Positions 1 through 9,519 of a DNA stretch of 64,000 nt are shown piece after piece. Made by a program: the position numbers and the translations under genes. The notes under the pieces are model-generated. The model did no database searches. It was not told the origin of the DNA and saw only the letters and a list, made by a program, of their open reading frames with translations. How positions within the stretch are numbered: position 1 is the stretch's first letter; every line of letters begins with the position of its first letter. The stretch is from an uncultured delta proteobacterium (lineage in GTDB: Bacteria; Desulfobacterota; Binatia; UBA9968), in the NCBI GenBank assembly GCA_963745035.1, contig CAVUVW010000011.1:1-64000 (forward strand). Reading direction: 5' to 3'.

Positions 1-158
1 TCCACGCGTCCGAAGGCTCCGCAAAGGGTGACGTCGTCAGCGTGGGACCACAGGGCCTGGAAGGCGGCGGGGCGCCCCTGCACGAAATCCTCTGCCGCAG
101 CCTCAAGCCTTGCCATGAACGCCGTCCATTCGGAATCGGCTGGCGGTTTGTCATGCAT
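1..158 (-). CDS. NTF2/SnoaL-like (DUF4440-type) protein, N-terminal part, runs off window
   Basis: Manual translation MHDKPPADSEWTAFMARLEAAAEDFVQGRPAAFQALWSHADDVTLCGAFGRV; GGAGG RBS upstream; absent from ORF track. Confidence 0.6.
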   Translation of the reverse strand, partial: MHDKPPADSEWTAFMARLEAAAEDFVQGRPAAFQALWSHADDVTLCGAFGRV

Positions 159-204
159 ACGACCCTCCCATTGCGAGCAACGGCGGCGCGGTCGCTCCAA
201 GGCG

Positions 205-485
205 TTAGGCGTTCTCTGAGTCTCGATAGGGATCTTTTGTTCGTGGACGTCAGGCAATTGTTCGTCCAGCGACTGACGATATTTCAGGCAGCCTTGCAGG
301 AACTGAGGCCAGTCCGGCACTACAGGAATCGGATCGGTCTTCTCCGGCAAGATCCCCCAGAGCGCTGGGTGATGCCAACAGAGTTCATGGCGTGTACTGT
401 CACGATGCTCACGGATACCCTGCCGCAGCTTCCTGACCTCGTCCATCAGTTGTTTGCGCGACATCCTGTCCAAGTCGTCGTCCAT
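205..485 (-). CDS. conserved hypothetical protein (HELCWHHPALWG motif), 1-nt indel near 255
   Basis: Manual translation MDDDLDRMSRKQLMDEVRKLRQGIREHRDSTRHELCWHHPALWGILPEKTDPIPVVPDWPQFLQGCLKYRQSLDEQLPD; GAGG RBS; restoring one base ends it ...DSENA* at a TAA inside GCCTAAC. Confidence 0.65.
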
Positions 486-528
486 GATGCACCTCGCAGC
501 CTCTAAGCACTTTGCGAGAGGCGCTGAT

Positions 529-616
529 TTCTAACGGTGGAATTCAGTGGCCGCGTGCGGCCATTTGTGACCGAAGCGCGCAAACCACACCTAGTCGCTA
601 CGACAATCTGTTAGGC
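529..616 (-). other. degenerate integron attC-like site
   Basis: Minus strand GCCTAAC (contains the GNAT stop codon) ... GTTAGAA, 88 bp, imperfect internal stem. Confidence 0.5.
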
Positions 617-1108
617 AGCGCTTTGAATATGTTTTTCCATAACGATGGAATTGACTTTGCTGCCTGCAACGTCATCGAGTCTAACACCGACTTCCTCGAA
701 TCCAAGTTTTCGGTAAAAACTTCTGCCTTTTGGATTCTGCTCTTCGACGTCGAGTTGGACCCGTCGCGTTTTAGGGAACGCACGCCAACTCTCTTTCATC
801 AGCCTCTCCCCAATCCCTTGTCGCTGAAAGTCCGGAAGCACGTAGAGCCGCGCGATCGACAGACTATCGCCATCCAAATGCGCGGTTACCATTCCGACAA
901 TGCCGTGGGAGCCGCTTTCCGCTACACCGAGGAATGTCGAAGAGCGATTGATTTCGGCTTCAAGGACTTGCGGCGAATGCCATTCAGCGGTCACTTTCGC
1001 GATGAAAGATTCGGGAAGAAATGATTGGTAGGTATCGCGCCAAGTAACGGCCAGAACCGCTCTAATTCCGGGGATGTCCTCCGTCAGGGCTCGACGAATG
1101 GTGATCAC
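611..1108 (-). CDS. GNAT family N-acetyltransferase
   Basis: RLYVLPDFQRQGIG acetyl-CoA motif, FYRKLGF; likely GTG start at 1108 (track extends to 1219). Confidence 0.85.
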   Translation of the reverse strand: MITIRRALTEDIPGIRAVLAVTWRDTYQSFLPESFIAKVTAEWHSPQVLEAEINRSSTFLGVAESGSHGIVGMVTAHLDGDSLSIARLYVLPDFQRQGIGERLMKESWRAFPKTRRVQLDVEEQNPKGRSFYRKLGFEEVGVRLDDVAGSKVNSIVMEKHIQSAA

Positions 1109-1225
1109 ACTATAGATTCCCCATGCTGGTGTTACATCATGCGTAACGTGACCACCAGAGAGAAAATCGCGAGTTCCGTACTCGAGTGTCGTAGACACTG
1201 CCTGCGCTATGTTCGGCAAAAAAGC

Positions 1226-1600
1226 TCATTTGTTTTTGGGCGCGAACTTTCTTTTCAAACGCTGATAATAACGTTTTTGTGACCGCTCGATGGATTTTGG
1301 GTCGTCCATAACGCGACGTCTTGGTTCGTCGACCTGCGCCGCCGTGATCACTTTGATCGTGACAACGTCTCCAGGTTTGAGTTTTCTCTCTTCCCATTTG
1401 AAGTGTTCGCCGATTTCGCCCGTCGTCGAACGGTAGCCGTCAAGGCTGAAGCTCAGTTCCCGTTGCCGCTGCGATTGCTTGCCGCCCGCTCGAAAGGCAC
1501 GACGGTGCACGGACGTCGTGATGGCCGTAAGTACACCGTCAGACCCGACGCCTGCGCGAGCGAGCTTCTTGCCATTAAGAAATACATCAAAGGCGATCAT
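1226..1600 (-). CDS. hypothetical protein
   Basis: ORF MIAFDVFLNGKKLARAGVG..., co-oriented with neighbours. Confidence 0.55.
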   Translation of the reverse strand: MIAFDVFLNGKKLARAGVGSDGVLTAITTSVHRRAFRAGGKQSQRQRELSFSLDGYRSTTGEIGEHFKWEERKLKPGDVVTIKVITAAQVDEPRRRVMDDPKSIERSQKRYYQRLKRKFAPKNK

Positions 1601-1651
1601 GTGCTCCCGATACTTCAATTCTCGACGACACGATGCTGCAGCGATTCTGCG

Positions 1652-1945
1652 TCAATCCGGCGCAAACCCCCCGCAGACGATTTTCGCTTCGTCCCAACAT
1701 CTGGCACAAAAAATTTTAAAGCGCGCGTTCTCGAACCATCTCTCCGATGATGCCCCTTTTAGCGCGACTAGCGCTCGCTCACACTCGGTACACCAGGCAT
1801 CGGGACGGGCCGTGTCCGTGTCGTCGCCCCAGAAGAAACCGACTCGCTCGCCACGATCGACTGCATAGGCAATGTGCTCGCAGACAAGACCAATGCCCTG
1901 CATTCCATGAGCCGCGCAATCGACTTTCTGCACACTCTTGCTCAT
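1652..1945 (-). CDS. small Cys/His-rich hypothetical protein (possible Zn-binding)
   Basis: CxxH, CxH, CxxC, CxxC pattern. Confidence 0.6.
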   Translation of the reverse strand: MSKSVQKVDCAAHGMQGIGLVCEHIAYAVDRGERVGFFWGDDTDTARPDAWCTECERALVALKGASSERWFENARFKIFCARCWDEAKIVCGGFAPD

Positions 1946-2090
1946 GAGGTCAAGGTCGATCAGGACGAATGCTCAAGCGCGCGTAGGCCTTGGCCGCCCT
2001 GTCGTAGCGGGCTCACTCGCTGGCGGCTTGCATGCTAACGTTGAACGTTGAACTGTTGAACATTTGAACGGAGTTCAAAATGCCCCTAGA

Positions 2091-3143
2091 TCATTTCGGC
2101 GGCAGTGGGTCGGCGGCGTTGAGTTTTTTGAAAAGCGCGACTGTTTCGGCGTCGCGCGGCAGATCCTTTAGCGCCTTCTCCATGTCGTCGGGCATGAGAG
2201 GCGTCGCGTCGTCGCCGGTGAACTTCTTGTACTCCGCGGGAAACGCCGGGTCGGTGAAAATCTTGACCATGGCGGTTTTGAGGATTTCCACCTGCTCTTT
2301 CGGCGTCCCCGGCGGCAGGATCGACGGCGTGCCAAATTGCCGGAAGACGCGCACCATATTCAAGAGCTTCCGATCTCTCTCCGCCTTGGCGAAGCTTTCG
2401 ATCTCGGGCAGGTTTGTAAAATGATGGTGCTTCAGACCTTTCGGAACTTCCATGATGATATGCGGGACAATGCCTCCCGACTTGACCATATCTAGGTTGC
2501 GCTGCAGCACGGTGTCCGCGTTATTGATACGCGCATCGATTTCGCCGCGCGCCAATGCTGCGTCCAGCTCGGTGCCGCCATAACCCACCACGAAATTGGG
2601 ATCTTTCATGCCGAGCAGATACGCGAACATCCGGCCGACGAAGTAAATGGAATGGCCGACGGACTGCGCGCCGATTCTCAGTTTCGCGGAGCGGAGGTCA
2701 TCGATAGTTTTTATTCCGGCTTCCCGCCGGGTGAGAAATACCCAATGATAGGTGCTGTGAGGTGAACCCAGGTAGATGAATTTATCGAGATCGTACAAAA
2801 CCCCTTTTTCTCCAAGCACCGCGTTGGCGACCAGGGCCCCCCCGATACGTCCGATCGTGAGCCCGTCGGGTTTGACGTTCTTAAAAACATGATTGGCGGC
2901 TTTGATGCCGCCGCCGCCGGGCATGTACTCGGACACGACCGTTGGATTCCCCGGAATGTGCTTCTGCATGAACGGGATCATCGAACGGGTGAGCATGTCC
3001 GAAGAGCCGCCCGCTTCGGTTCCTTGAAGAACTGTGATGGTCTTGCCCTGGTAAAATGGTGTCTGACCCAATGCTGAGATCGAAGGAAGCAGCAACATGC
3101 CGCATAAGGTTGCCGCAAACTTGACTCGTTTATTGAGTTTCAT
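2091..3143 (-). CDS. TctC/Bug family substrate-binding protein (array copy 1)
   Basis: Signal peptide, FYQGKTI, EYMPGGGG, PDGLTI, RGEID, PPGTP. Confidence 0.9.
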   Translation of the reverse strand: MKLNKRVKFAATLCGMLLLPSISALGQTPFYQGKTITVLQGTEAGGSSDMLTRSMIPFMQKHIPGNPTVVSEYMPGGGGIKAANHVFKNVKPDGLTIGRIGGALVANAVLGEKGVLYDLDKFIYLGSPHSTYHWVFLTRREAGIKTIDDLRSAKLRIGAQSVGHSIYFVGRMFAYLLGMKDPNFVVGYGGTELDAALARGEIDARINNADTVLQRNLDMVKSGGIVPHIIMEVPKGLKHHHFTNLPEIESFAKAERDRKLLNMVRVFRQFGTPSILPPGTPKEQVEILKTAMVKIFTDPAFPAEYKKFTGDDATPLMPDDMEKALKDLPRDAETVALFKKLNAADPLPPK

Positions 3144-3170
3144 TTCGAGCCTCCTTTTCCTTCGACGAAC

Positions 3171-3288
3171 GTTCAAAACGTTCAACCCCCTCCTTCATCC
3201 TCCCCCGCGACGCAGTGGAGGACCAGAGGTTGGGGGCTTGAACTGAGCGTAGCGGTTGAACGGCTTGAACGTTTTGAACGACTTGAAC
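3171..3288. repeat. REP-like element: GTTCAA(n) arm, CCTCCCCCGCG hairpin, TTGAAC(n) arm; empty version of the IS481 target
   Basis: 9-nt-period GTTCAA/TTGAAC arms in inverted orientation; single CCTCCT at 3189-3194. Confidence 0.85.
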
Positions 3289-3302
3289 GGTGCGGTCCCC
3301 CG

Positions 3303-4361
3303 TTACAGCCCCGGCAGTGCTCCCGCGCCGGCAAATTTTTTGAACAGGTCGATCGTTTCCGGATCGCGCGGCAACTCGCGAATGGCGCGCTCGTTTTCTT
3401 CTGGCATCAGCGGCGTCGGATCTTCGCCGACCACCTTGCGGTACTCCTTGACGAACTCGGGATCTTTGAAGCTTTTGCGAATCGCCTCTTTGATAATGTC
3501 GGCGCGATCTTTCTGTGTCGCCGGCGGCAAGATAAAGGGCGATCCGGAGAGCCGAAAAAGGCGGAACAGGGAAAGCACATTGCGGCCGCGCTCGGTTTTG
3601 GCGAAGTTTTCGATGTCGGGGAGATTCGAGAAGAGCGGGTGCTTCAGGCCTTTGGGGATTTCCATGACGACGTGGAAATCGACCATCTTCTTTTCGATCC
3701 ATTCGGGATTGCGCGCGTAGAAATCGTCGGTGTTTGCGATCGCATCGATCTCGCCGCGCAGCAAAGCGACGTCGCGCTCGGGGATCGAATAGCCGGTGAC
3801 GTATTTGCTGTCTTTAAGGCCGAGCAGCGCCGCGAATATTCTGCCGATAGTGTAATTGGTATGACCGACAGACTGAGCGCCGATGCGAATGCCGCTCGCG
3901 GCGCGCAGCTTTTCCAAATTGGTTAGTCCCATGTCTTTGCGCGTGGCGAGAACGTAGTGAGTAGCGCTGTACGGCGAGCCGATGAACGGAAGCTTGTCGA
4001 GATCGTATTGAACGCCCGACTCGCCGAGCACCGCGTTGGCGACCACGCCGCCGCCGACGTTGCCGAGCACCAGTCCGTCGGTGCGGCTCATAGCGAAAAT
4101 ATGATTAGCCGCTTTGCGGCCGCCGCCGCCGTCCATATATTCGTGCACGAAGGTCGGATTGCCGGGAATATACTTTTGCAAGAAGGGCAGCACCGCGCGC
4201 ACGCGATAATCTCCCGATCCGCCAGGCGCTCGGCCGTGCAGCAGGGTGATCGTCTTTCCTTGGTAGAACGGGGCTTGGGCGAAGACGGAATTGGCGAACA
4301 GGAACAGCGCGACGAGCGTGGCTTTACCGGTGATTTGGAGACTAGCTCCGTTAGATTTCAT
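3303..4361 (-). CDS. TctC/Bug family substrate-binding protein (copy 2)
   Basis: Same motifs as paralogues. Confidence 0.9.
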   Translation of the reverse strand: MKSNGASLQITGKATLVALFLFANSVFAQAPFYQGKTITLLHGRAPGGSGDYRVRAVLPFLQKYIPGNPTFVHEYMDGGGGRKAANHIFAMSRTDGLVLGNVGGGVVANAVLGESGVQYDLDKLPFIGSPYSATHYVLATRKDMGLTNLEKLRAASGIRIGAQSVGHTNYTIGRIFAALLGLKDSKYVTGYSIPERDVALLRGEIDAIANTDDFYARNPEWIEKKMVDFHVVMEIPKGLKHPLFSNLPDIENFAKTERGRNVLSLFRLFRLSGSPFILPPATQKDRADIIKEAIRKSFKDPEFVKEYRKVVGEDPTPLMPEENERAIRELPRDPETIDLFKKFAGAGALPGL

Positions 4362-4439
4362 AGAACCTCCGCAAGCGTAAGTTGTCGGGAGTCAGATTGA
4401 AACTATTCACTCCTCACTATTTACACCTTATTTTCACAT

Positions 4440-5480
4440 TCATCGAGGCGGCAGCGGTCCCGGACCGGCGAATTTTTTGTAAAGCTCTACGGTTTCGGCA
4501 TCCCGCGGCAAGTCGCGTATCGCTCTTTCGTTTTCTTCTGGCATCAGAGGACTGGGGTCGTCACCCACTAGCTTGCGGTACTCCTGGAGAAACGCGGGAT
4601 CTTTAAAAGTCTTGCGCAGCGCCTCTTTGATTATTTCCACCCGATCCTTGGGCATGCCGGGAGGAAGGATGAAAGGCGCGCCGGTCAAACTGAAATTGCG
4701 GAACATGGTCACGATCCTGCGCTCCCGCTCTGCCTTAGCGAAGCCGTCAATTTCGGGCACGCTGTGAAATTGTGGATGCTTGTTCTCTCGCGGCACGGCA
4801 AAGATGACATGGAGATCAACGAGACTTTTTTCCAGCCATTCCGGCAGCACGCCGCTGTCGGATACGGCGTAGCCATCGATCTCGCCGCGGATCAACGCGG
4901 CCCGTCTTTCCGGGTTGGTAAAGCCGATGACTTCTTTGATGTCTTTCAGTCCGAGGAGCCAAGCCATGATCCGACCGACGGTGTAGTTCGTATGGCCGAC
5001 CGCCTGGGAGCCCATGCGCATGGCCGTGGCCTGGCGCAACTTGTCAAGGGTGGTGAGGCCGGCCTCGCGGCGAGTGATCAGTACATAGTGGCTTGCGCTA
5101 TAAGGTGTGCCGACGAAATGCAGTTTGTCGAGATCGTACTGCACGCCGGTTTCGCCGAGCACGGCGCTCACCACCACGCCCCCGCCGACGCTGCCGATAG
5201 TCAGGCCGTCGGGGCGCGCGCTGTTGTAGATGTAATTGGCCGCCTTGCGCCCGCCGGCGCCGTCCATGTACTCCTGTACGATGGTGGGATTGCCGGGAAT
5301 ATATTTTTGCAGAAACGGTGCCACCGAGCGGGCGCGAAAATCTCCCGAGCCCCCAGAGGAGCGACCATGGACGAGGACAATCGTCTTACCTCGGTAAAAA
5401 TCGCTCTGGGCTGCGACATCAAAGCCGCAGAAAAATACCATAACAATAAACGAAAGCGTGGAGATGACAGGGTTGAACAT
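4440..5480 (-). CDS. TctC/Bug family substrate-binding protein (copy 3)
   Basis: Same motifs as paralogues. Confidence 0.9.
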   Translation of the reverse strand: MFNPVISTLSFIVMVFFCGFDVAAQSDFYRGKTIVLVHGRSSGGSGDFRARSVAPFLQKYIPGNPTIVQEYMDGAGGRKAANYIYNSARPDGLTIGSVGGGVVVSAVLGETGVQYDLDKLHFVGTPYSASHYVLITRREAGLTTLDKLRQATAMRMGSQAVGHTNYTVGRIMAWLLGLKDIKEVIGFTNPERRAALIRGEIDGYAVSDSGVLPEWLEKSLVDLHVIFAVPRENKHPQFHSVPEIDGFAKAERERRIVTMFRNFSLTGAPFILPPGMPKDRVEIIKEALRKTFKDPAFLQEYRKLVGDDPSPLMPEENERAIRDLPRDAETVELYKKFAGPGPLPPR

Positions 5481-5508
5481 AATTGACCTCCGATATTGGG
5501 AAGCCCGC

Positions 5509-5767
5509 CTAATTCTGGAGAAATGTTTTCATCCGCTGAATCACTTCCGGCGGTTGAACCAACTCTTTGACCAAACCTTCAAGCTCATCGCCGCTCACTG
5601 CGGCCGGCTCCAGCCCTTTTTTGCGTGCGTCAACCAGGACGTCCGGGTCGCTCATCACTTTGGAAAATGCTTCGCGCAAAGCTTTCATCCGGTCTGCAGG
5701 AATTCGCGGTGGAGTCGAAGAACGGCCGGAACACGGTTGCCGATGCCAAGATGATCGGTTGGTTCAT
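5509..5767 (-). pseudogene. TctC remnant: short start joined to the C-terminal ~80 aa
   Basis: MNQPIILASATVFRPFF/PPRIPADRMKALREAFSKVMSDPDVLVDARKKGLEPAAVSGDELEGLVKELVQPPEVIQRMKTFLQN* matches TctC C-termini. Confidence 0.75.
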
Positions 5768-5840
5768 TATTGGTCGCCGACTAGCTTTGCCGCGGGGTTT
5801 TTTTGCCGGTTGTATTCACCGATCCGCTTGGCTTCGAAGG

Positions 5841-6896
5841 TCATTTCCCCATTAGTTTCTTCACGCGTTCGATAACCTCCGGAGGTTGGGCAACAACCTC
5901 CTTTGCTAACTTTTCGAGCTCTTCACCAGTAGATGGGTCGGCTTCTAAATTGCGCTTTTTCACGTCGATCAAAAACGCCGGATCAACCATCAATTTCATG
6001 AATGACTGGCGAAGAATTCTTAAGCGCTCACCAGGTATCCCGGGCGGCGCGAGGTAAGGACGGCCGAGTTCGCCTGAAGCGAGAACTACAGTAGCCAACC
6101 GCCGACTCACGTCATCGGTTTTGAATTCGTCCATCAACTCGTTCAGGGTTGCAACTTGCGCCAGCCGCTCATCCCGTTTTTTTCCGGTTTGTACGAGCAC
6201 ATGAACGAAGCCGTTTTTCTGCCAAGTTCGATAGGGCTCGCCACTGAACCATGCCGCATGCGTGAAGGCGCGGCATTGCGCCTCGTTTTTTTCCACCGCC
6301 AAATCCATTTCGGGTCCGCCCGGATAGCCCAGAATGATCTCGAATTTTGTGCCGATCACTTCATTGAGGAGTTTGGGCATGGAATGGCCCACCGTGCCGA
6401 TTCCCGTCGCCGTGCACTTGGGCCCCTGTGCGGCCCGACGCACATCGTGGATGGTTTTAAATGGCGTGTCGGAGCGCATATACATAACGTTGTCCGAACG
6501 GTCGATGCTGCCGATCCAATTGAATTTGGCGTAGTCAAACTGGACCTCTTTGCTGCCGGCGAGCTGACTAAAATAGATTCCCGGAATGATCGACGTAATT
6601 GTCAGCCCGTCTGGCTTTGCCACGTTGTAGAGATGATTTGCCGAGATCAACGAGCCGGCGCCGGGCATATTTTGCACGATCACCCCTGGATTCCCCGGGA
6701 TGTGCCTACCCCAATGTTGGGCGATCAAGCGGGCATGGGCGTCGTATTGGCTGCCAGCGGTGGTTCCGGTGATTAAGGTAATTGTCTTTCCTTGATAGAA
6801 GGGTGCCTGGGAGAGAGCGGAGGTAGAAAGGAGTATCAGGTGCGCGCAAATTGCTGCGGCCCAAGCAATTCGAATTCGCAACCGTTTGGTTTTCAT
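5841..6896 (-). CDS. TctC/Bug family substrate-binding protein (copy 4, QNMPGAGS subtype)
   Basis: QNMPGAGSL, KCxATG, GYPGG, QCRAF. Confidence 0.9.
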   Translation of the reverse strand: MKTKRLRIRIAWAAAICAHLILLSTSALSQAPFYQGKTITLITGTTAGSQYDAHARLIAQHWGRHIPGNPGVIVQNMPGAGSLISANHLYNVAKPDGLTITSIIPGIYFSQLAGSKEVQFDYAKFNWIGSIDRSDNVMYMRSDTPFKTIHDVRRAAQGPKCTATGIGTVGHSMPKLLNEVIGTKFEIILGYPGGPEMDLAVEKNEAQCRAFTHAAWFSGEPYRTWQKNGFVHVLVQTGKKRDERLAQVATLNELMDEFKTDDVSRRLATVVLASGELGRPYLAPPGIPGERLRILRQSFMKLMVDPAFLIDVKKRNLEADPSTGEELEKLAKEVVAQPPEVIERVKKLMGK

Positions 6897-6996
6897 TTCG
6901 AACCTCTCTTTCGCGTGAGGGGTAGGGTGTCAGGGGTGCGGGGAGCGAAACGCCTCACCCTTTACCTTTACCCTTCACTCCTCACCGGTTCTTAAT

Positions 6997-8031
6997 TCAG
7001 CGCGGCGGCAGCGGTGCCGGACCGGCGAGCTTGTTAAAAAGCGTGATGGTCTCGGCGTCGCGAGGCAATTCCCGAATAGCTCTCTGATTTTCTTCCGGCA
7101 AAAGCGGCGTGGGCTCCTCGCTGACGAGCTTTTTGTGCTCTTTGTAAAACTCTGGGTCAGTGAGGCTTTTGGTCATCGCTTGCTTGAGGATTTCGACCCG
7201 GTCCGCGGGCGTTCGTGGCGAAGCAAAGAACGGCGAACCGGTGAGCCGCAGATTTCGAAACATCGCCAGCACTTTTCGCTCTTTCTCCGACTTCGCGAAG
7301 GTTTCGATATCGGGCAAGTGACCCAAACGGGGATACTTGTTTCCCCTCGGAACTTCCATCAAGGCATGGAGATCAATTTTGTTTGCCGATATCCATTCGG
7401 GATTGCGCACCAGATGATCGTCGGTGGTAGCGAGAGCGTCGAGCTCGCCGGCCATAAAAGCAACATCGCGCTCAGGAGTCGAATAGCCGGTGACAAACTT
7501 GGGATCTTTGAGAGGCAGAACCCAGGCGAAGAGTCTGCCGATATTATAAATGGTATGGCCGACGGATTGCGCACCGACGCGCACGGCCGGCGCTGACTTG
7601 AGTTTCTCCAGCGTTGTCAGACCTGTTTCTCTTCGCGTCAAGAAAAAATAATGAGTGGAACTATAGGGCGACCCAAGGAAAATGAGTTTATCGATGTCGT
7701 ATTGCACACCCGTTTCGCCGAGAACCGCGCTCGACACCATGCCGCTACCCGCGTTTCCGATGGTCAATCCATCAGGCGCCGCCGAGCCAAAAATATAGTT
7801 GCCGGCCTTCCGGCCGCCGCCTCCCGGCATGAACTCATGAACGATGGTGGGATTTCCGGGGATGTATTTTTGCAAAAACGGCACCAGCGCTTTCACCCGC
7901 AGGTCTCCTGAGCCGCCAGCGTCGCGCCCATGCACGATTCTAATAGTTTTGCCTCGATAAAAGTCTGTCTGCGCGAACGCAGGAGTCAGCGAGAATAAAA
8001 TGTAAGTGGCGAGAGCGAATAGTTTCAGCAT
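6997..8031 (-). CDS. TctC/Bug family substrate-binding protein (copy 5)
   Basis: Same motifs as paralogues. Confidence 0.9.
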   Translation of the reverse strand: MLKLFALATYILFSLTPAFAQTDFYRGKTIRIVHGRDAGGSGDLRVKALVPFLQKYIPGNPTIVHEFMPGGGGRKAGNYIFGSAAPDGLTIGNAGSGMVSSAVLGETGVQYDIDKLIFLGSPYSSTHYFFLTRRETGLTTLEKLKSAPAVRVGAQSVGHTIYNIGRLFAWVLPLKDPKFVTGYSTPERDVAFMAGELDALATTDDHLVRNPEWISANKIDLHALMEVPRGNKYPRLGHLPDIETFAKSEKERKVLAMFRNLRLTGSPFFASPRTPADRVEILKQAMTKSLTDPEFYKEHKKLVSEEPTPLLPEENQRAIRELPRDAETITLFNKLAGPAPLPPR

Positions 8032-8125
8032 ACACTCCTCCTTACACGTTCCAATCGGTCAAGCGCGCGGAGCTCGGCCTGAGTCCTTCGACTCCGCTCA
8101 CTCTACCGAAGGGTCGCCCCCACCT

Positions 8126-9431
8126 GTTCAAGCCGGGGATCATTTACGTTTTGAACCGGGCGCATGGTTTACAGTTTTTTAGAGTTAGTTCCGTGCCAGG
8201 TTTTGCGCTGGCATAATCTTTTTTGCATGTTGATCGAGAATACCCAGCAGATGAAAACTATAACGGACTTCCCACTGCTCGGGTCCGACCTGCTTCAGTC
8301 CAACCGGCTCGTGTGCCAGGACTTCAGAGACATAAAGGAGATCGCCGTGCCACTTGATCTCGCCGTTGTGTCGCACTCGTCTAACGGTCATGCCCGGACT
8401 GTATTGTACGGGCGGGAGTTTGTCGGGATAGCGCCGTGGGGAGCTAAGATAAACACTGCCCGGGGTCTTTCGTCCCAAGGCCTCATGGGAACGCTGGCCG
8501 TTATACTGCTTTACGAAAAAGTCAAATGCGCGCTGTTGTCGACTGTAGGTTGGCTGAGGCGCAACATCGTGCTTAAGCGTTCGATGCATCCGTTCATGGC
8601 GCCCGTTCTGGCTTGGCTTACCCGGCTTGATCCGTTCAGGACGGATGCCAAGCTGGATCCACCACTTCGACAACTCGCTGACACCGCCCACACAGAGCGA
8701 GGCAAACGGTGCTCCGTTGTCGGTACGAATGGCCCGGAGCAGTCCGTATTGTCGAAAGGCTCTTTCAAACCACGGCCGAACCACCCGATAGCTGTGCTGC
8801 CCCAAGGCTTGGCACATCAACAGATAACGAGAGAAATTGTCGGTCAACGTAAGCGGGTAACAGCGCTGACCATTCCCCAAGAGAAAGTCTCCCTTGGAGT
8901 CCGCACTCCAGATCTGATTCGGTCCATGGCAGTCGCTAAACGGTTCACTGTACGGTACCACGTGGCGCCGACGTACACGGCGGTTGACCAGCCCGGCACG
9001 CTTGAGGATCGCACCGGCTGCAGAGTCCGCAGGCCAGGTCAACTTAGGTTTTTTCTCACCCAAATAATCCAAAACCTTTTTCGGACCCCAGCTCGGATGG
9101 CTAAGCTTGATGGCAATAATCATCTCGCGGATTTCCTCAGGGGTCTCATTGCGATGACGGTGCGCCGCGCGCGAGCGCTCCTCGAGCGCCTCAACTCCAC
9201 CGTCTTGGTAGCGCTTAATCCATTTGTCAGCCGTGGGACGGCTAATTCCATAGGCTCTGCACAATTCAATCTTACTGTATTCCTTACTCAGCCAGTCAGC
9301 GATAAATTTAACTCGTTGATCCATGGCACTGGTCTGTTCCCAAGGCATTGGCAAGCTCCTCCTTGCCTCTGCCTCTTAAACTGTAAACCATGTGCCCGGT
9401 TTGTTTTGTAAATGATGCTACCGGTTTGTAC
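8126..9431 (-). mobile_element. IS481-family insertion sequence, copy 1 (~1306 bp)
   Basis: ~50-bp imperfect terminal inverted repeats GTTCAAGCCGG..ATGGTTTACAG / CTGTAAACCAT..CCGGTTTGTAC; flanks CCACCT / CCTCCT. Confidence 0.9.
8185..9354 (-). CDS. IS481-family DDE transposase
   Basis: MPW start, HTH, WSAD, LTLTDNFSR, IRTDNGAPF, NGRHERMHRTLK. Confidence 0.92.
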   Translation of the reverse strand: MPMPWEQTSAMDQRVKFIADWLSKEYSKIELCRAYGISRPTADKWIKRYQDGGVEALEERSRAAHRHRNETPEEIREMIIAIKLSHPSWGPKKVLDYLGEKKPKLTWPADSAAGAILKRAGLVNRRVRRRHVVPYSEPFSDCHGPNQIWSADSKGDFLLGNGQRCYPLTLTDNFSRYLLMCQALGQHSYRVVRPWFERAFRQYGLLRAIRTDNGAPFASLCVGGVSELSKWWIQLGIRPERIKPGKPSQNGRHERMHRTLKHDVAPQPTYSRQQRAFDFFVKQYNGQRSHEALGRKTPGSVYLSSPRRYPDKLPPVQYSPGMTVRRVRHNGEIKWHGDLLYVSEVLAHEPVGLKQVGPEQWEVRYSFHLLGILDQHAKKIMPAQNLARN

Positions 9432-9519
9432 CCTCCTTCATCCTCCCCCGCCACGCGGGGGAGGATGAAGGAGGGGTTTTGAACAGCTTGAACTTTTTGA
9501 ACGACTTGAACCATGCGAT

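Noticed and set aside
2033-2039. attI or attC core at the start of the cassette region
   Set aside because: GTTAGCA does not fit GTTRRRY and has no partner box; no intI present
3171-3288. TTGAAC arrays as CRISPR or guide-RNA arrays
   Set aside because: 9-nt period with 3-nt variable parts, few units, dispersed, and no cas or other effector gene
8164-9411. 415-aa ORF antisense to the transposase
   Set aside because: Shadow ORF with no recognisable motifs; conserved only because the IS copies are near-identical
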